A stretch of DNA of 51,955 bases, from positions 1-51,955 of IMG/VR virus record IMGVR_UViG_3300037297_000097, one strand, 5' to 3'. A program made the position numbers and the translations under genes. The stretch is from a virus. Below, in pieces: positions 35,693-44,800 of the stretch; position 1 is the stretch's first letter; the number at the start of each line of letters is the position of its first letter. A model generated the notes under the pieces. The model had not been told where the DNA came from and did no database searches. It saw only the letters and a list, made by a program, of their open reading frames with translations.

Positions 35693-37655
35693 GTTTCCGC
35701 CTCACAAACCGCACCGCACGGAAGCGCCCACGCGCTGGGGCATCTGTTGGTTCCAGGTGGCATTTACAACCACCATTACAAATAAGTTTTTTCGCTTGTG
35801 GCAAAAACCCCGCTTTGATGTAATCTTTCATGCGGTGTATCTGGCCGTTGAGCTTCAAACAGGATTTACAATGTTCGGCCAGGACATTGACAACCCACAG
35901 ATAGCGCTTGTTGGCGGCGGCATACGCCAGTCCTTCGTAGTACAGCGGGTTTACGGAGTTGGCAATCCAGAGATCGGCACGGCGTTGCAACAGCGCGAGC
36001 GACATGGCTTTGCTAAATATCTCATCCATGAACTTGCGAATAAAAGGCCGCTGTTTGGCCCGCCAGATAGCAATCATGGCGCGGTGGTCATCGTTGAGTT
36101 GTCGCTCCGCCCCACCCGCCTCAAGGCCGTCCAAGAGCGCTTCAGACCCGGCCTCAACCAATACCAATCGGAACGCGGGCGCGGCAACGGCCCGTGATAA
36201 AGAGCGTGTCTGTATTTCGCCCACCAAATTGAGGAACTGCGCTTTAAAGGCGCTCTGAGTTGCCACCAACATCTTGGCCGCTTCGTCGGTGTCGTCAACA
36301 ATGGCTTGTTGGGGCTGCTGTGGCGCGGCTGTTAGCTGTGGACGCGCCTGCTCTGGCGTCTTCGGGTCAGCATCGGCCACACGAATCACATCACCCGATT
36401 CGTCGGTGATAACATCACGAACCGCCTCTACCTGATTTGCAAGCAACCGCCGCCGCTCATCGGCACTCAACTCGTCTGCCAACGACAGTACGGTCTGTGT
36501 CCATGTTGCCGCCATGTCCGCTTGTTGCTGGTCTTCTTCTTCGTCGCGCCATTGGAACTCGAATTGCAATTCGCGCGGCAACGCCTGATTAATCATCCGT
36601 TCCAGCGTTTTGTAGAGATAGCCTAACGCTCGCCCTTTGGACTTTTGCGCCAGCACTTCAGATTGCGTACCAGAACCAAGTGTGTTTCCGGTCAATTCCC
36701 ACATATCTTGAATATCCAGGCCAATACCGAGTGCAATCTCTTTGACGTTCAGTTCTTTGTAGGCGGTGTAATCGAATTTTTCCGGCGGCGTGGAATACGG
36801 TACACTGGTAATCTCTGGTGTGGTATCCGCATGGAGTCCATACAATCGGACAGTACGCCCCCATTTGCCGCCAAAATCGGTCTGCTGTTCTTTGTCGAGG
36901 CGGCCAATGGCCTCCTGGAATGTTACCTCATTGAGGTTTTTGAAGATCATCAATCCAGGCGGCGCGTTGTCATCAAGCATTTGCTCAACATAACGATTCA
37001 TCAGCACGTCACGCCATACCGGAGCAACACAGCGCGATAACGCGCATTGTCCATAGGCATGGCTGTTGATAAAACTTTGCGGCATATCCACCAAACGGTA
37101 TACCCGTGTACGGTGCATGAAAAAGATGTCGCCCTCTTGGTTCATGTACACACACGGATATTCTGGGTCTGCCGTCGGCCAACAACGCAAACTATCCAGG
37201 ACGTTAAACCCTGAGATGTTACCCAATAGCGGCGTGTCCGATTTGCCCGGCCCCAACACCTCGACAAAGGCCCCCGCATCGTATACGCTAAAATCCCAAA
37301 TGACCTTACTTAAGAAAGACTCCCAACCAGCCCCAAAATCGCTATTCCACAACACCGTTTGATACAGCGGTACGCGATTCGATTCGCTGCCCGCATCGTT
37401 CTTCAGTTCCCAGGGTGTCGAGACAATGCGCTTGGTTAAGCCGGTGACGGCTGATTTAAACAGCGTGTTATAGTCATGATGAGCCAGTTGGTAGAGTTCC
37501 CATTCCCGTTGACGGGTACCGGGCGCGCTCAATAGCGGGCCACGCCATTGCGTATTGAGAAATAACGTTTGCGCCACATCGCCATCTTTGACGCGAGGGC
37601 GTTTGTCTACCGACTGTTGTTGTTGGACTTCAATAACGCGGTCTTCGGTTATCAT
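35685..37655 (-). CDS. Portal protein fused to an SPP1 gp7/Mu F-like head morphogenesis domain
   Basis: Position after TerL; the C-terminus EHCKSCLKLNG...LICNGGCKCHLEP matches the MuF/gp7 Cys signature. Confidence 0.75.
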   Translation of the reverse strand: MITEDRVIEVQQQQSVDKRPRVKDGDVAQTLFLNTQWRGPLLSAPGTRQREWELYQLAHHDYNTLFKSAVTGLTKRIVSTPWELKNDAGSESNRVPLYQTVLWNSDFGAGWESFLSKVIWDFSVYDAGAFVEVLGPGKSDTPLLGNISGFNVLDSLRCWPTADPEYPCVYMNQEGDIFFMHRTRVYRLVDMPQSFINSHAYGQCALSRCVAPVWRDVLMNRYVEQMLDDNAPPGLMIFKNLNEVTFQEAIGRLDKEQQTDFGGKWGRTVRLYGLHADTTPEITSVPYSTPPEKFDYTAYKELNVKEIALGIGLDIQDMWELTGNTLGSGTQSEVLAQKSKGRALGYLYKTLERMINQALPRELQFEFQWRDEEEDQQQADMAATWTQTVLSLADELSADERRRLLANQVEAVRDVITDESGDVIRVADADPKTPEQARPQLTAAPQQPQQAIVDDTDEAAKMLVATQSAFKAQFLNLVGEIQTRSLSRAVAAPAFRLVLVEAGSEALLDGLEAGGAERQLNDDHRAMIAIWRAKQRPFIRKFMDEIFSKAMSLALLQRRADLWIANSVNPLYYEGLAYAAANKRYLWVVNVLAEHCKSCLKLNGQIHRMKDYIKAGFLPQAKKLICNGGCKCHLEPTDAPARGRFRAVRFVRRKHA

Positions 37656-39037
37656 CTAAAATTCCATAATAGATAGCGGAGGGCATCACACAAATGGTCA
37701 TCGACTTTCAACGGTTTTGGCTCACCAGCATCCACAGTACGCGAGCGGTCATCGTAGCGATAGGCTTGTAATTCACGTATCAGGTTCACACAACGCGGAT
37801 GTATCTTGAGTAAACGCACACCCTGACCGTCACAGATAAACCGGCGTACCACCTTAATGCCGTCAACGATTTTGTGTGTCGCGCCGGCATTGATAATCCC
37901 CGCATCAGCCAAGCGGCGCCGCAATTCTGCCGCGCTGCTGTCTACCATTGCGAGTCGCGGTTTATGATAGCCACGCTCTACGCATTCACGTATCGAAGTT
38001 TCAGGCAGTTCTAACGTTTGATAGTATTCATCAAAGATATTGAAACCACCGTCGCCACGCTGTTGCGCCAACAAAAACGCGCGAGGATGATAGCCTGCTG
38101 TACCCGGCCCTTCCCCATGCGCGTAACCGTCATCACAGCCCCAAAACGTATGCCATGCTGGATTGTATTCAGCGTCGGGTGTGACGTTGTATTCCAGGGA
38201 GAAGTTGTCGTATACAGCGCCTTCGGCCTGTACCCACAATCCCAACCGGCCACGCTCATAGCGTACACCTGTCAGGTTATCCAGGTGACGCATGGTTTTG
38301 ACGCCTTGCGCGGTCAATTCACCGGCGTCGTCATAGAGCGCCGGATTATGTTCGTGCATCTGCTGGTACAGTTCCAGCTTGCCCGCTTGCGCCCGCGTTT
38401 GTATCCAGTGGCCCGGAAAAGAGGGGTTACAGTCACCCAACACCTGCGTAAAGTCCGTATTCCCCGCGCGCCCTGTAGCACGGCCCGTCAGGATTTCATA
38501 GGTATTGAGGTCTAACTCTTCAACCTGATTGATGTAGATAAAATCAAACTCGGCAGACAATACACTGCCGGGACGATCCAGTCCCTTGAGCAGAATCTCA
38601 CTGCCATTGCGATACATGTATTTCTCAGGCTTTTCGCCGCCATATTTTTGCACGGGGGATGCTGGATCATCAATGTCACGCTCTAGCACCTTGCGTTCAT
38701 AGGTCTCGCACGCCGACGCGACCAAATCTTTATAGACCTTGCGAATCCACAACCCTTTAGCATTGGGGTAATGGCACATCAACCAGTGAAACCATGCTAG
38801 CATCCCAAAAGTTTTCCCCGTCTCATACGGCCCATGCAAGATGATCTCTGACACATGGTTATGTACCATCTTCGCACACCCGCCACGCATGGGCGGCAAT
38901 TCATAGGGAACACCCCCCGCCCCCTGGCTAACCCCTAACCCGTAATCAATGAGTTCATCATCATCAACGTCACTGGATACGTTCGCTGTTGGCACGATCA
39001 ATGACACGTGACATGAACTCCTTTGGGTCTTTGCCAA
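37652..39037 (-). CDS. terL: Terminase large subunit
   Basis: Walker A GPYETGKT, Walker B-like DFIYINQVEE, C-terminal nuclease-like region; true start may lie downstream of 39037. Confidence 0.85.
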   Translation of the reverse strand: MAKTQRSSCHVSLIVPTANVSSDVDDDELIDYGLGVSQGAGGVPYELPPMRGGCAKMVHNHVSEIILHGPYETGKTFGMLAWFHWLMCHYPNAKGLWIRKVYKDLVASACETYERKVLERDIDDPASPVQKYGGEKPEKYMYRNGSEILLKGLDRPGSVLSAEFDFIYINQVEELDLNTYEILTGRATGRAGNTDFTQVLGDCNPSFPGHWIQTRAQAGKLELYQQMHEHNPALYDDAGELTAQGVKTMRHLDNLTGVRYERGRLGLWVQAEGAVYDNFSLEYNVTPDAEYNPAWHTFWGCDDGYAHGEGPGTAGYHPRAFLLAQQRGDGGFNIFDEYYQTLELPETSIRECVERGYHKPRLAMVDSSAAELRRRLADAGIINAGATHKIVDGIKVVRRFICDGQGVRLLKIHPRCVNLIRELQAYRYDDRSRTVDAGEPKPLKVDDHLCDALRYLLWNFR

Positions 39038-39434
39038 TCGAAGTCAGCGCTTCCACAAACCCCGGAATGACTTCGATAATCTCAGTGGGTAAGCCTTGCA
39101 ACAATCGCATCTTGTCGGTAGCCGTAGCAGCGGCAATCACCGCATCACGCCCCGACATGGCTTCGATGACATCTTCCCGTTGAGCATGAGCCAGCATCTT
39201 GTAGGCGATGTCTTCAAACACAATCGCCAACTCTGGTCTTTTTTCACGTACAAGATATGACGGCGGCGGATTGTTTTTGCTGTGAAACCAGCGATGCAAA
39301 GTCGGATGTGGCACATTAAGCGCATTGGCAACAATCTTCAAAGCGCCCTTCACATCGGGGTAGCCTTGCGCCTCAAGCATCACCACAGCGCTCGCCCTGA
39401 ATTTGTCATCATAGCGCCTACGTTTTCTTGCCAT
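38970..39434 (-). CDS. terS: Terminase small subunit (N-terminal HTH)
   Basis: Position upstream of TerL; HTH NALNVPHPTLHRWF; ATG 39434 chosen over GTG 39437. Confidence 0.6.
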   Translation of the reverse strand: MARKRRRYDDKFRASAVVMLEAQGYPDVKGALKIVANALNVPHPTLHRWFHSKNNPPPSYLVREKRPELAIVFEDIAYKMLAHAQREDVIEAMSGRDAVIAAATATDKMRLLQGLPTEIIEVIPGFVEALTSIGKDPKEFMSRVIDRANSERIQ

Positions 39435-39691
39435 CACATCACCTTTGTTTCACCCCGCCAGCTAGTTTGAGCCTTAGCTTTGGGGAACACCTTATACCAA
39501 CGAAAAGGAACTGGCGGGGCGCTCCACAACGAAAACACCACGTCACCATGAAATCTCGTGATACCAATCGCTCACTCATTTGGGGGAAGTGGTGACGTGG
39601 TGATATTACCGATACGAGTCTACTGCTGCCCCGTCGCCATGCGTGGGCCTGTCCCACTTATCCCCTAACCGGGTAAGCTGCAACGGGCAAC

Positions 39692-39718
39692 AAAAAACGG
39701 CTCCACAAGGGAACCGTT
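39692..39718 (-). terminator. Intrinsic terminator close to the late promoter
   Basis: Minus strand AACGGTTCC CTTGT GGAGCCGTT (9 bp including one G-U) followed by TTTT (six consecutive T including the last two stem bases). Confidence 0.65.
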
Positions 39719-39744
39719 GCGATAGACATTGAGTGCTAGTATAC

Positions 39745-39774
39745 AGTTTACACGAACTTTATAGATACTGTCAA
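39745..39774 (-). promoter_or_regulatory. Candidate late promoter
   Basis: Minus strand: TTGACA 39774-39769, 18-nt spacer, TAAACT 39750-39745. Confidence 0.5.
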
Positions 39775-39782
39775 GATAGAAT

Positions 39783-40136
39783 TTACAAATCCAGTTCGGC
39801 GCGGCGCTTCTCTATACTTTCCACCTTCTTTAAGATGGCGTCAACATCGGGCGCGGACAACTGCATTCGTCGCCCAATCCACCGCAAGAGTCGTAAGCCA
39901 GATAGAGCGCGGACGGGCTTATCGGGATACTCTTTGAATGTATACTTATGAGGTTGTGTGGCAACTTCGAGTAAATGCAGTACGCGCTTTTGCGGCGGGG
40001 TAAGTGCTGGCGGCGGCTTGAGCAATGCCTGATTTTCAGTATTGCGCGGCCTGAGATTGGCCGGTACAGCGTTATCGATGTCGCCAAACCGCTTGCGCTC
40101 TTTGACAGGAATGTAGGATTTGTTGGGATTGGTCAA
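39783..40136 (-). CDS. Hypothetical protein, candidate late-gene regulator
   Basis: Last gene before the late promoter; LTPPQKRVLHLL ... LSAPDVDAILKKV is HTH / sigma region 4-like. Confidence 0.4.
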   Translation of the reverse strand: MTNPNKSYIPVKERKRFGDIDNAVPANLRPRNTENQALLKPPPALTPPQKRVLHLLEVATQPHKYTFKEYPDKPVRALSGLRLLRWIGRRMQLSAPDVDAILKKVESIEKRRAELDL

Positions 40137-40151
40137 TGTGCGCTCCCATGT

Positions 40152-40349
40152 TTACTGCTGTGAATGGCTCCAATATTGCGCGGCGGTGCGATAGCCATTA
40201 CGTAGCGCCACAAATGGGCCAAACTGCGTCAGGTCGTGAATGAATGATTCAATGAGATTTTGCCGGTTGATCTGCCAACCTGTACCCCAATAGACCGGGC
40301 GTACATGGATATGGCGTTTGAACACCGTATAATACAGACGGGTTATCAT
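40152..40349 (-). CDS. Hypothetical protein
   Basis: 65-aa ORF with an ATGA overlap. Confidence 0.45.
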   Translation of the reverse strand: MITRLYYTVFKRHIHVRPVYWGTGWQINRQNLIESFIHDLTQFGPFVALRNGYRTAAQYWSHSQQ

Positions 40350-40711
40350 TCTTGCGCCTTTTCGTATTCAACATCTGGCGTGTTCGGATCGAAACGAGTC
40401 AACATTCCCGTGATGATTTCCATCAGCGCCGCATCAGAACATACCCGCAAGCGCTCATGCTCAATGACACCCCAATGATGCCAGGTACACTCAGGATCAT
40501 CCTGGTCAGGCCAACCCACCGTGACCCGCACATGGGCCTTGCGTGGCACGTCATAGCAGGCCAGCACGAAACAATCCCCCGGATAGAGATAGCAGGCGGT
40601 TTCAAGCAAATGTTTCACCCGTCTAGACCGGGATGTCAAGAGACTGTCCGCGTTCCCGTAGGATTCATCGTGCATGACTTGATCGAACTGGTTTTCGATT
40701 GACTGGCTCAT
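40346..40711 (-). CDS. Hypothetical protein
   Basis: Start moved to ATG 40711 behind SD GGAG. Confidence 0.5.
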   Translation of the reverse strand: MSQSIENQFDQVMHDESYGNADSLLTSRSRRVKHLLETACYLYPGDCFVLACYDVPRKAHVRVTVGWPDQDDPECTWHHWGVIEHERLRVCSDAALMEIITGMLTRFDPNTPDVEYEKAQE

Positions 40712-40735
40712 GGGCGCTCCGTTGCTGTTTCTCTC

Positions 40736-40744
40736 AGTATACCA
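40736..40744 (-). promoter_or_regulatory. Extended -10 promoter element TGgTATACT
   Basis: Minus strand CTGTGGTATACTG, 25 nt upstream of ATG 40711. Confidence 0.4.
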
Positions 40745-40789
40745 CAGGCTGTCAATATCCCAAATATATCCCAAACGCAAGCGTCAACC

Positions 40790-40825
40790 AAAAACGCCGC
40801 CTGGACAAGTCCACGTTGGCGGCGT
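40790..40825 (-). terminator. Strong intrinsic terminator
   Basis: 8-bp stem ACGCCGCC 40794-40801 / GGCGGCGT 40818-40825; on the minus strand it is followed by TTTTT. Confidence 0.65.
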
Positions 40826-41035
40826 CTCTGGCTTGCTTCGTTTTACCGGTCTAGCGTCTAGCTTTACAGCCCTCCCACTTTCGAGGCTTTTTCACGCGTA
40901 GACCCGTATCGCCCTCTCAGGCTCCCACGTTTACGGCACGTGGTAGGCCGGGTGTTAGGGCTTTTCAGTCGGGCGATTATCCCTAACTTTTCCGCCTGCC
41001 CCTCTTGCGAGTTCGTCCGAGGCGGTTCCGCGTAT
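40790..41035 (-). ncRNA. Candidate structured non-coding RNA of about 245 nt
   Basis: Promoter-like TTGCAT (41070-41065), 17 nt, TATACT (41047-41042); multiple 6-8 bp GC-rich hairpins; ends at the 40790-40825 terminator; no credible ORF. Confidence 0.35.
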
Positions 41036-41191
41036 GCATTCAGTATACACCCAAACGCGCCGGGATGCAACTATTTTCTCGGCGCTTTCCCACCAAACCC
41101 GCGACGGCGGTCTGCCGTCTTCCGCGCCCTGCCCCGCGCTTTTCACGGCGCGGTGGCCCCTACCTGTCATGAACGCCAACACCCATTGCCG

Positions 41192-41398
41192 CTATCGTCC
41201 CTTAATCTCATCGCGCACCGCTTCCAACAGCGCGATTTCTTCGTCCGTGAAAAACTCTGGCCCTTCATAAAACGCCGCCCACACTATATCGAACAGCGCG
41301 TCCCGCTGCTCCGTCACCGCCGCCAGCTGTGCGCGGTAGGTTTCCTTGTCGGCTAATGCTTGCCGTATGCCGACGGCGATGTTCTTTTCGTAGGTCAT
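41192..41398 (-). CDS. Hypothetical protein
   Basis: 68-aa ORF with an ATGA overlap with the upstream methyltransferase gene. Confidence 0.5.
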   Translation of the reverse strand: MTYEKNIAVGIRQALADKETYRAQLAAVTEQRDALFDIVWAAFYEGPEFFTDEEIALLEAVRDEIKGR

Positions 41399-42216
41399 AA
41401 TGACTCCTCGCTTGCTAAATCGAATAGGGGTAATCCGGTCATATCATTATCCGACTTCACATGGCGCGGCTCCAGGATACTGGTTCGCAAGCGATCCCGC
41501 GCGATGGCGACGTATTCGGCGCTGGTATCACCCATGATGAAATGGCGCTTGAGATTACGCACCGCTACGCCAGTTGTGCCAGAGCCACAGAACGGGTCGA
41601 GAATGAGTTCGCCCGGTTGGGTGTAAGTTTTGATGAGATATTCGTAAAGGGCGACGGGCTTTTGGGTGGGATGGAGACCGGTTTCGTAAATATATTCTAA
41701 GACGCTACTTGGAACACGTAAATTAACATCAAAAGCCCTTCGGTGAGGAAAATTCACGCTACCATACGCATACCCTGTGTCTATACGCTTGTCCGGTTTG
41801 TATCCATATTTAGCGCGTTCCCTATCTTTTCGGCCAATTAAAATAGGATAATAATTCGGAGTACCGTCTGAGAAAACAAGAATATTTTCATGTTCCTTCA
41901 TTGGTTCAATTTTAGCATTTAGAAAATTTGACCCTCGGTTTTTCCTCCATACCCACTCATACCGAAACCACGCCAAATTACTACACACCAGAATACTCGT
42001 AAACGGTTGGCTTGCCGTCGTCACGAATACCCCGCGTGGCTTCAGTATGCGCTTGACCGCCTTCCACCATTGATCCAGATCAACCCGTGCATCCCACGAG
42101 CAGGCCGTCGTACCGTAAGGCATGTCAGTGATGATCGCGTCCATACTCGCGTCGGGCAGCGCCGCCATGAGGTCGAAGCAATCCATCTGATGCACACTGT
42201 CTAACTCAACGCTCAT
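41395..42216 (-). CDS. DNA methyltransferase (beta-class N6-adenine or N4-cytosine)
   Basis: Motif IV variant DMPY near the N-terminus, HPTQKP, and motif I FCGSGTT near the C-terminus. Confidence 0.85.
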   Translation of the reverse strand: MSVELDSVHQMDCFDLMAALPDASMDAIITDMPYGTTACSWDARVDLDQWWKAVKRILKPRGVFVTTASQPFTSILVCSNLAWFRYEWVWRKNRGSNFLNAKIEPMKEHENILVFSDGTPNYYPILIGRKDRERAKYGYKPDKRIDTGYAYGSVNFPHRRAFDVNLRVPSSVLEYIYETGLHPTQKPVALYEYLIKTYTQPGELILDPFCGSGTTGVAVRNLKRHFIMGDTSAEYVAIARDRLRTSILEPRHVKSDNDMTGLPLFDLASEESL

Positions 42217-42832
42217 AATGATCCACCGCTTTCGTCTCCGTTGCCACCGTCGCTATCGCCTCAAAAATATCCAACCCGTCAATCTCATTGCCCAAGCAAA
42301 ACCAGTTATCCCGCACCCGCCGCGCGAACAGTTCGCAGTACGGGCCATCGACAAGGCGCTCAATGCGATCTTGCGCCGCTTCCGGCTTCTCACTGTGGCG
42401 TGTCACTGGCGCAACGACCACCTGCGAAATATCTTTTGCCTTGCGCTTCGGGCTGCCCCAGGTAAACAGCAATACCAGTTCCGCATTGCCCCGTGTCCAG
42501 TAGCCGAGTCCCATTTTCCACACATCGGTAGACATGGGCTGTGTGAACCAGACCCCCGTGTGAGACTCGTTAATTTTCACCCACGTGAAGGCGACGGTCT
42601 TGTAGGTCAACCCCCACGCTTTCCCTAGCGCGATTGCCACGTCAAGCTTGGGCATGGTGGCCCACATGAATACAGCAGCGTCGGGTAGGAGTAGCGATTG
42701 AATGGGTAGTTCTGAGAGATTGCAATCGGTCAACAATGGATATTGAGACTCAGCAATTCGCGTAGGTACAGTCGCGCCGCTCCATGCCTCATATGTCCAG
42801 GGCGGATCAATGACAACCGCGCCAAATCTCAT
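42206..42832 (-). CDS. MT-A70 family adenine methyltransferase
   Basis: VVIDPPWTYEAWS (DPPW) motif near the N-terminus; about 200 aa, typical of phage MT-A70 enzymes. Confidence 0.8.
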   Translation of the reverse strand: MRFGAVVIDPPWTYEAWSGATVPTRIAESQYPLLTDCNLSELPIQSLLLPDAAVFMWATMPKLDVAIALGKAWGLTYKTVAFTWVKINESHTGVWFTQPMSTDVWKMGLGYWTRGNAELVLLFTWGSPKRKAKDISQVVVAPVTRHSEKPEAAQDRIERLVDGPYCELFARRVRDNWFCLGNEIDGLDIFEAIATVATETKAVDHYER

Positions 42833-44757
42833 GAGTATTCGAATCCTTTCTCTGGTTTCGCCACCGTCACCGGTAGCTCGCGCTGGGCCGTCGCTGGCGG
42901 CTGGGCGGGCAGGTTGGGCAGTACCCGCGTCGTCAACTGGGCATCCCGCGCCCCTGCCGTACTGCGCCGTGCATCATAGACCATGAGGCGTTCAGGACAC
43001 CAGGGCACGTAGAACTCTGGCGACGGCCCGGCAGTGCTGTTTTTCATGATCCTGGCACGGAGCAAAGCATTGCCTTCTTTGTCGCGCTGTGGCACACCGT
43101 CGGCCACATGCGGTACGGCAAACAATAGCAGTTGAAAGGGCTGCTCAGACATCCACTGCATGGCGCTCAATTCAAACTCGCCGCCATCGCGCACCTTGTC
43201 GGCGTCGGACTTTTTCATCTGTGATGCCACGAACAGCGCCAACTCCAACTGGTTGCAGACTTCCCTGATGATTTCCAGCGCCACGTCAAGCGGCATCCGG
43301 CTGCTACGCTCCTGATTTTCGAGCCATAGTTGCTGGCCGTAATCGATCCAGACTGCCGACGGCTTGTTGCCCGCTGCTACCATCTTTTGGTAGTATTTGC
43401 GGATAGCCTTTACAATACCCTCAGCCGACAACCCCGGCACGGTTCCGTAACAGTTGCGCCCCGGCATTTCGCGTAGTTGCGTCACAATCGCCTGGGCCTT
43501 TTGCACCTGCTCTGAATCCAATTTTTGGTAGCCATTGCAGGATCGCCCCGATGCTTCCGCCCGCAACGCCAACTGGTGCGCTTGCATCTGGTTATACGTC
43601 GGGCCGCCCATACGCTGCATGAGCCGGTTGCCAAACTTGCGCCCGTGTTTATCCATCCACTCACCGGATATGAGAATGCTGTGAACGCCACGCTGCATGA
43701 GATTGAACACACCCGTTTCCATCCAAATCGTTTTTCCGCCGCCCGACGGCGCAACAATGCCCATGATCTCGTTTTGGGCGATGATATGGGCGATACCGCC
43801 GTATTGATGCAAAATGCGGTACGGGTTCTCGATGCTCATCAGGCCGTCGGGTTCGTGCAGGCTGCCGAGGATGTTGCTGTACACCGCATCGCTGCTGATG
43901 GATGTCAGGTGCGGATCAACTTCGTCCTGTTCTGGCACTGTGAACGCCGAACGCTGCAACTCCCGTAACGCCCTGTCGCCATGCAACATACAGAAATCGG
44001 CCAAATCGCCACCGTTTGTCAATCCCAGTTCGGCGACCCGTGCCCGGTGGCCGAGTTGCGCTTGCAGCGTCTTACGCCAGTTGTCACCCGTCATATCGCA
44101 GTCGGGAGCCAGGATAATGTCACCCGTCCATTTGTCGTCTAGTTCCTGGATCATGGAGTCAGTCAGCGCACTTTCGCCGCCGGTCTTGCAGGCCACCGGC
44201 AGTCCGTGATGCAGCCCGGCTACAACCGACGCTTCGCCATTGCACAAAATGATGGGTAGCTGTTGCTCAGTTGCCAGCGCTACCGCCTTGTCGAGACCAT
44301 ACCAACATGGTACGTATTCGGTGGGCGAGTCGTAGGTTGGTTTGTTGCCGTCCATGAACCGGGCGCGTTCCCCAGTCTGCGTCTGGAACAGCAGCGCCTT
44401 ACGTCCTTTACGTTCACCCTCAGACCATTTCGCCCGTTCATAGGCGTCTAGCGTTGCGCCGTGTGCAATGGCGTATTCTTCCAAATTGGCATACGTGCGC
44501 TTGGTGCTGGTGACCTCCTTGCGCGGTGTCGGGATTTTGAGGTAATCGGCCAGCGCATAGAGGGAACCGCTTTGACCGGCTGGAAAATCGATGTACGCCC
44601 CATGTTCACCGTCCGGGTCGATGGTTAGCACAAACCCCATACTGTCACTGCCAGGGCGATACGGACTGTTGGAGCGCCACTTGCCGCCGCGCTCCGCTCT
44701 GGCGTTGCAATGCGTTTGTAGGTGGGCGATGACTTGCTGGCCGGTGGTCTGGGTCAT
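42829..44757 (-). CDS. Bifunctional DNA primase / replicative helicase
   Basis: Toprim-like CNGEAS...APDCDMTGD in the middle; Walker A APSGGGKT and Walker B-like VWIDYG in the C-terminal half. Confidence 0.8.
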   Translation of the reverse strand: MTQTTGQQVIAHLQTHCNARAERGGKWRSNSPYRPGSDSMGFVLTIDPDGEHGAYIDFPAGQSGSLYALADYLKIPTPRKEVTSTKRTYANLEEYAIAHGATLDAYERAKWSEGERKGRKALLFQTQTGERARFMDGNKPTYDSPTEYVPCWYGLDKAVALATEQQLPIILCNGEASVVAGLHHGLPVACKTGGESALTDSMIQELDDKWTGDIILAPDCDMTGDNWRKTLQAQLGHRARVAELGLTNGGDLADFCMLHGDRALRELQRSAFTVPEQDEVDPHLTSISSDAVYSNILGSLHEPDGLMSIENPYRILHQYGGIAHIIAQNEIMGIVAPSGGGKTIWMETGVFNLMQRGVHSILISGEWMDKHGRKFGNRLMQRMGGPTYNQMQAHQLALRAEASGRSCNGYQKLDSEQVQKAQAIVTQLREMPGRNCYGTVPGLSAEGIVKAIRKYYQKMVAAGNKPSAVWIDYGQQLWLENQERSSRMPLDVALEIIREVCNQLELALFVASQMKKSDADKVRDGGEFELSAMQWMSEQPFQLLLFAVPHVADGVPQRDKEGNALLRARIMKNSTAGPSPEFYVPWCPERLMVYDARRSTAGARDAQLTTRVLPNLPAQPPATAQRELPVTVAKPEKGFEYS

Positions 44758-44800
44758 GGGTCTATTGTCCTATGTTTGCAGAATCACTAATTGCTGGCAG

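Noticed and set aside
39439-39657. 72-aa minus-strand ORF in the leader upstream of TerS
   Set aside because: It has no SD, is Arg/Ser-rich, and spans the two long inverted repeats. I treat it as non-coding leader.
40864-41356. Four overlapping 68-138 aa ORFs on both strands in the 40.8-41.2 kb gap
   Set aside because: They are mutually overlapping, Arg/Gly/Pro-rich and lack SD sites. The region is better explained as structured non-coding sequence.
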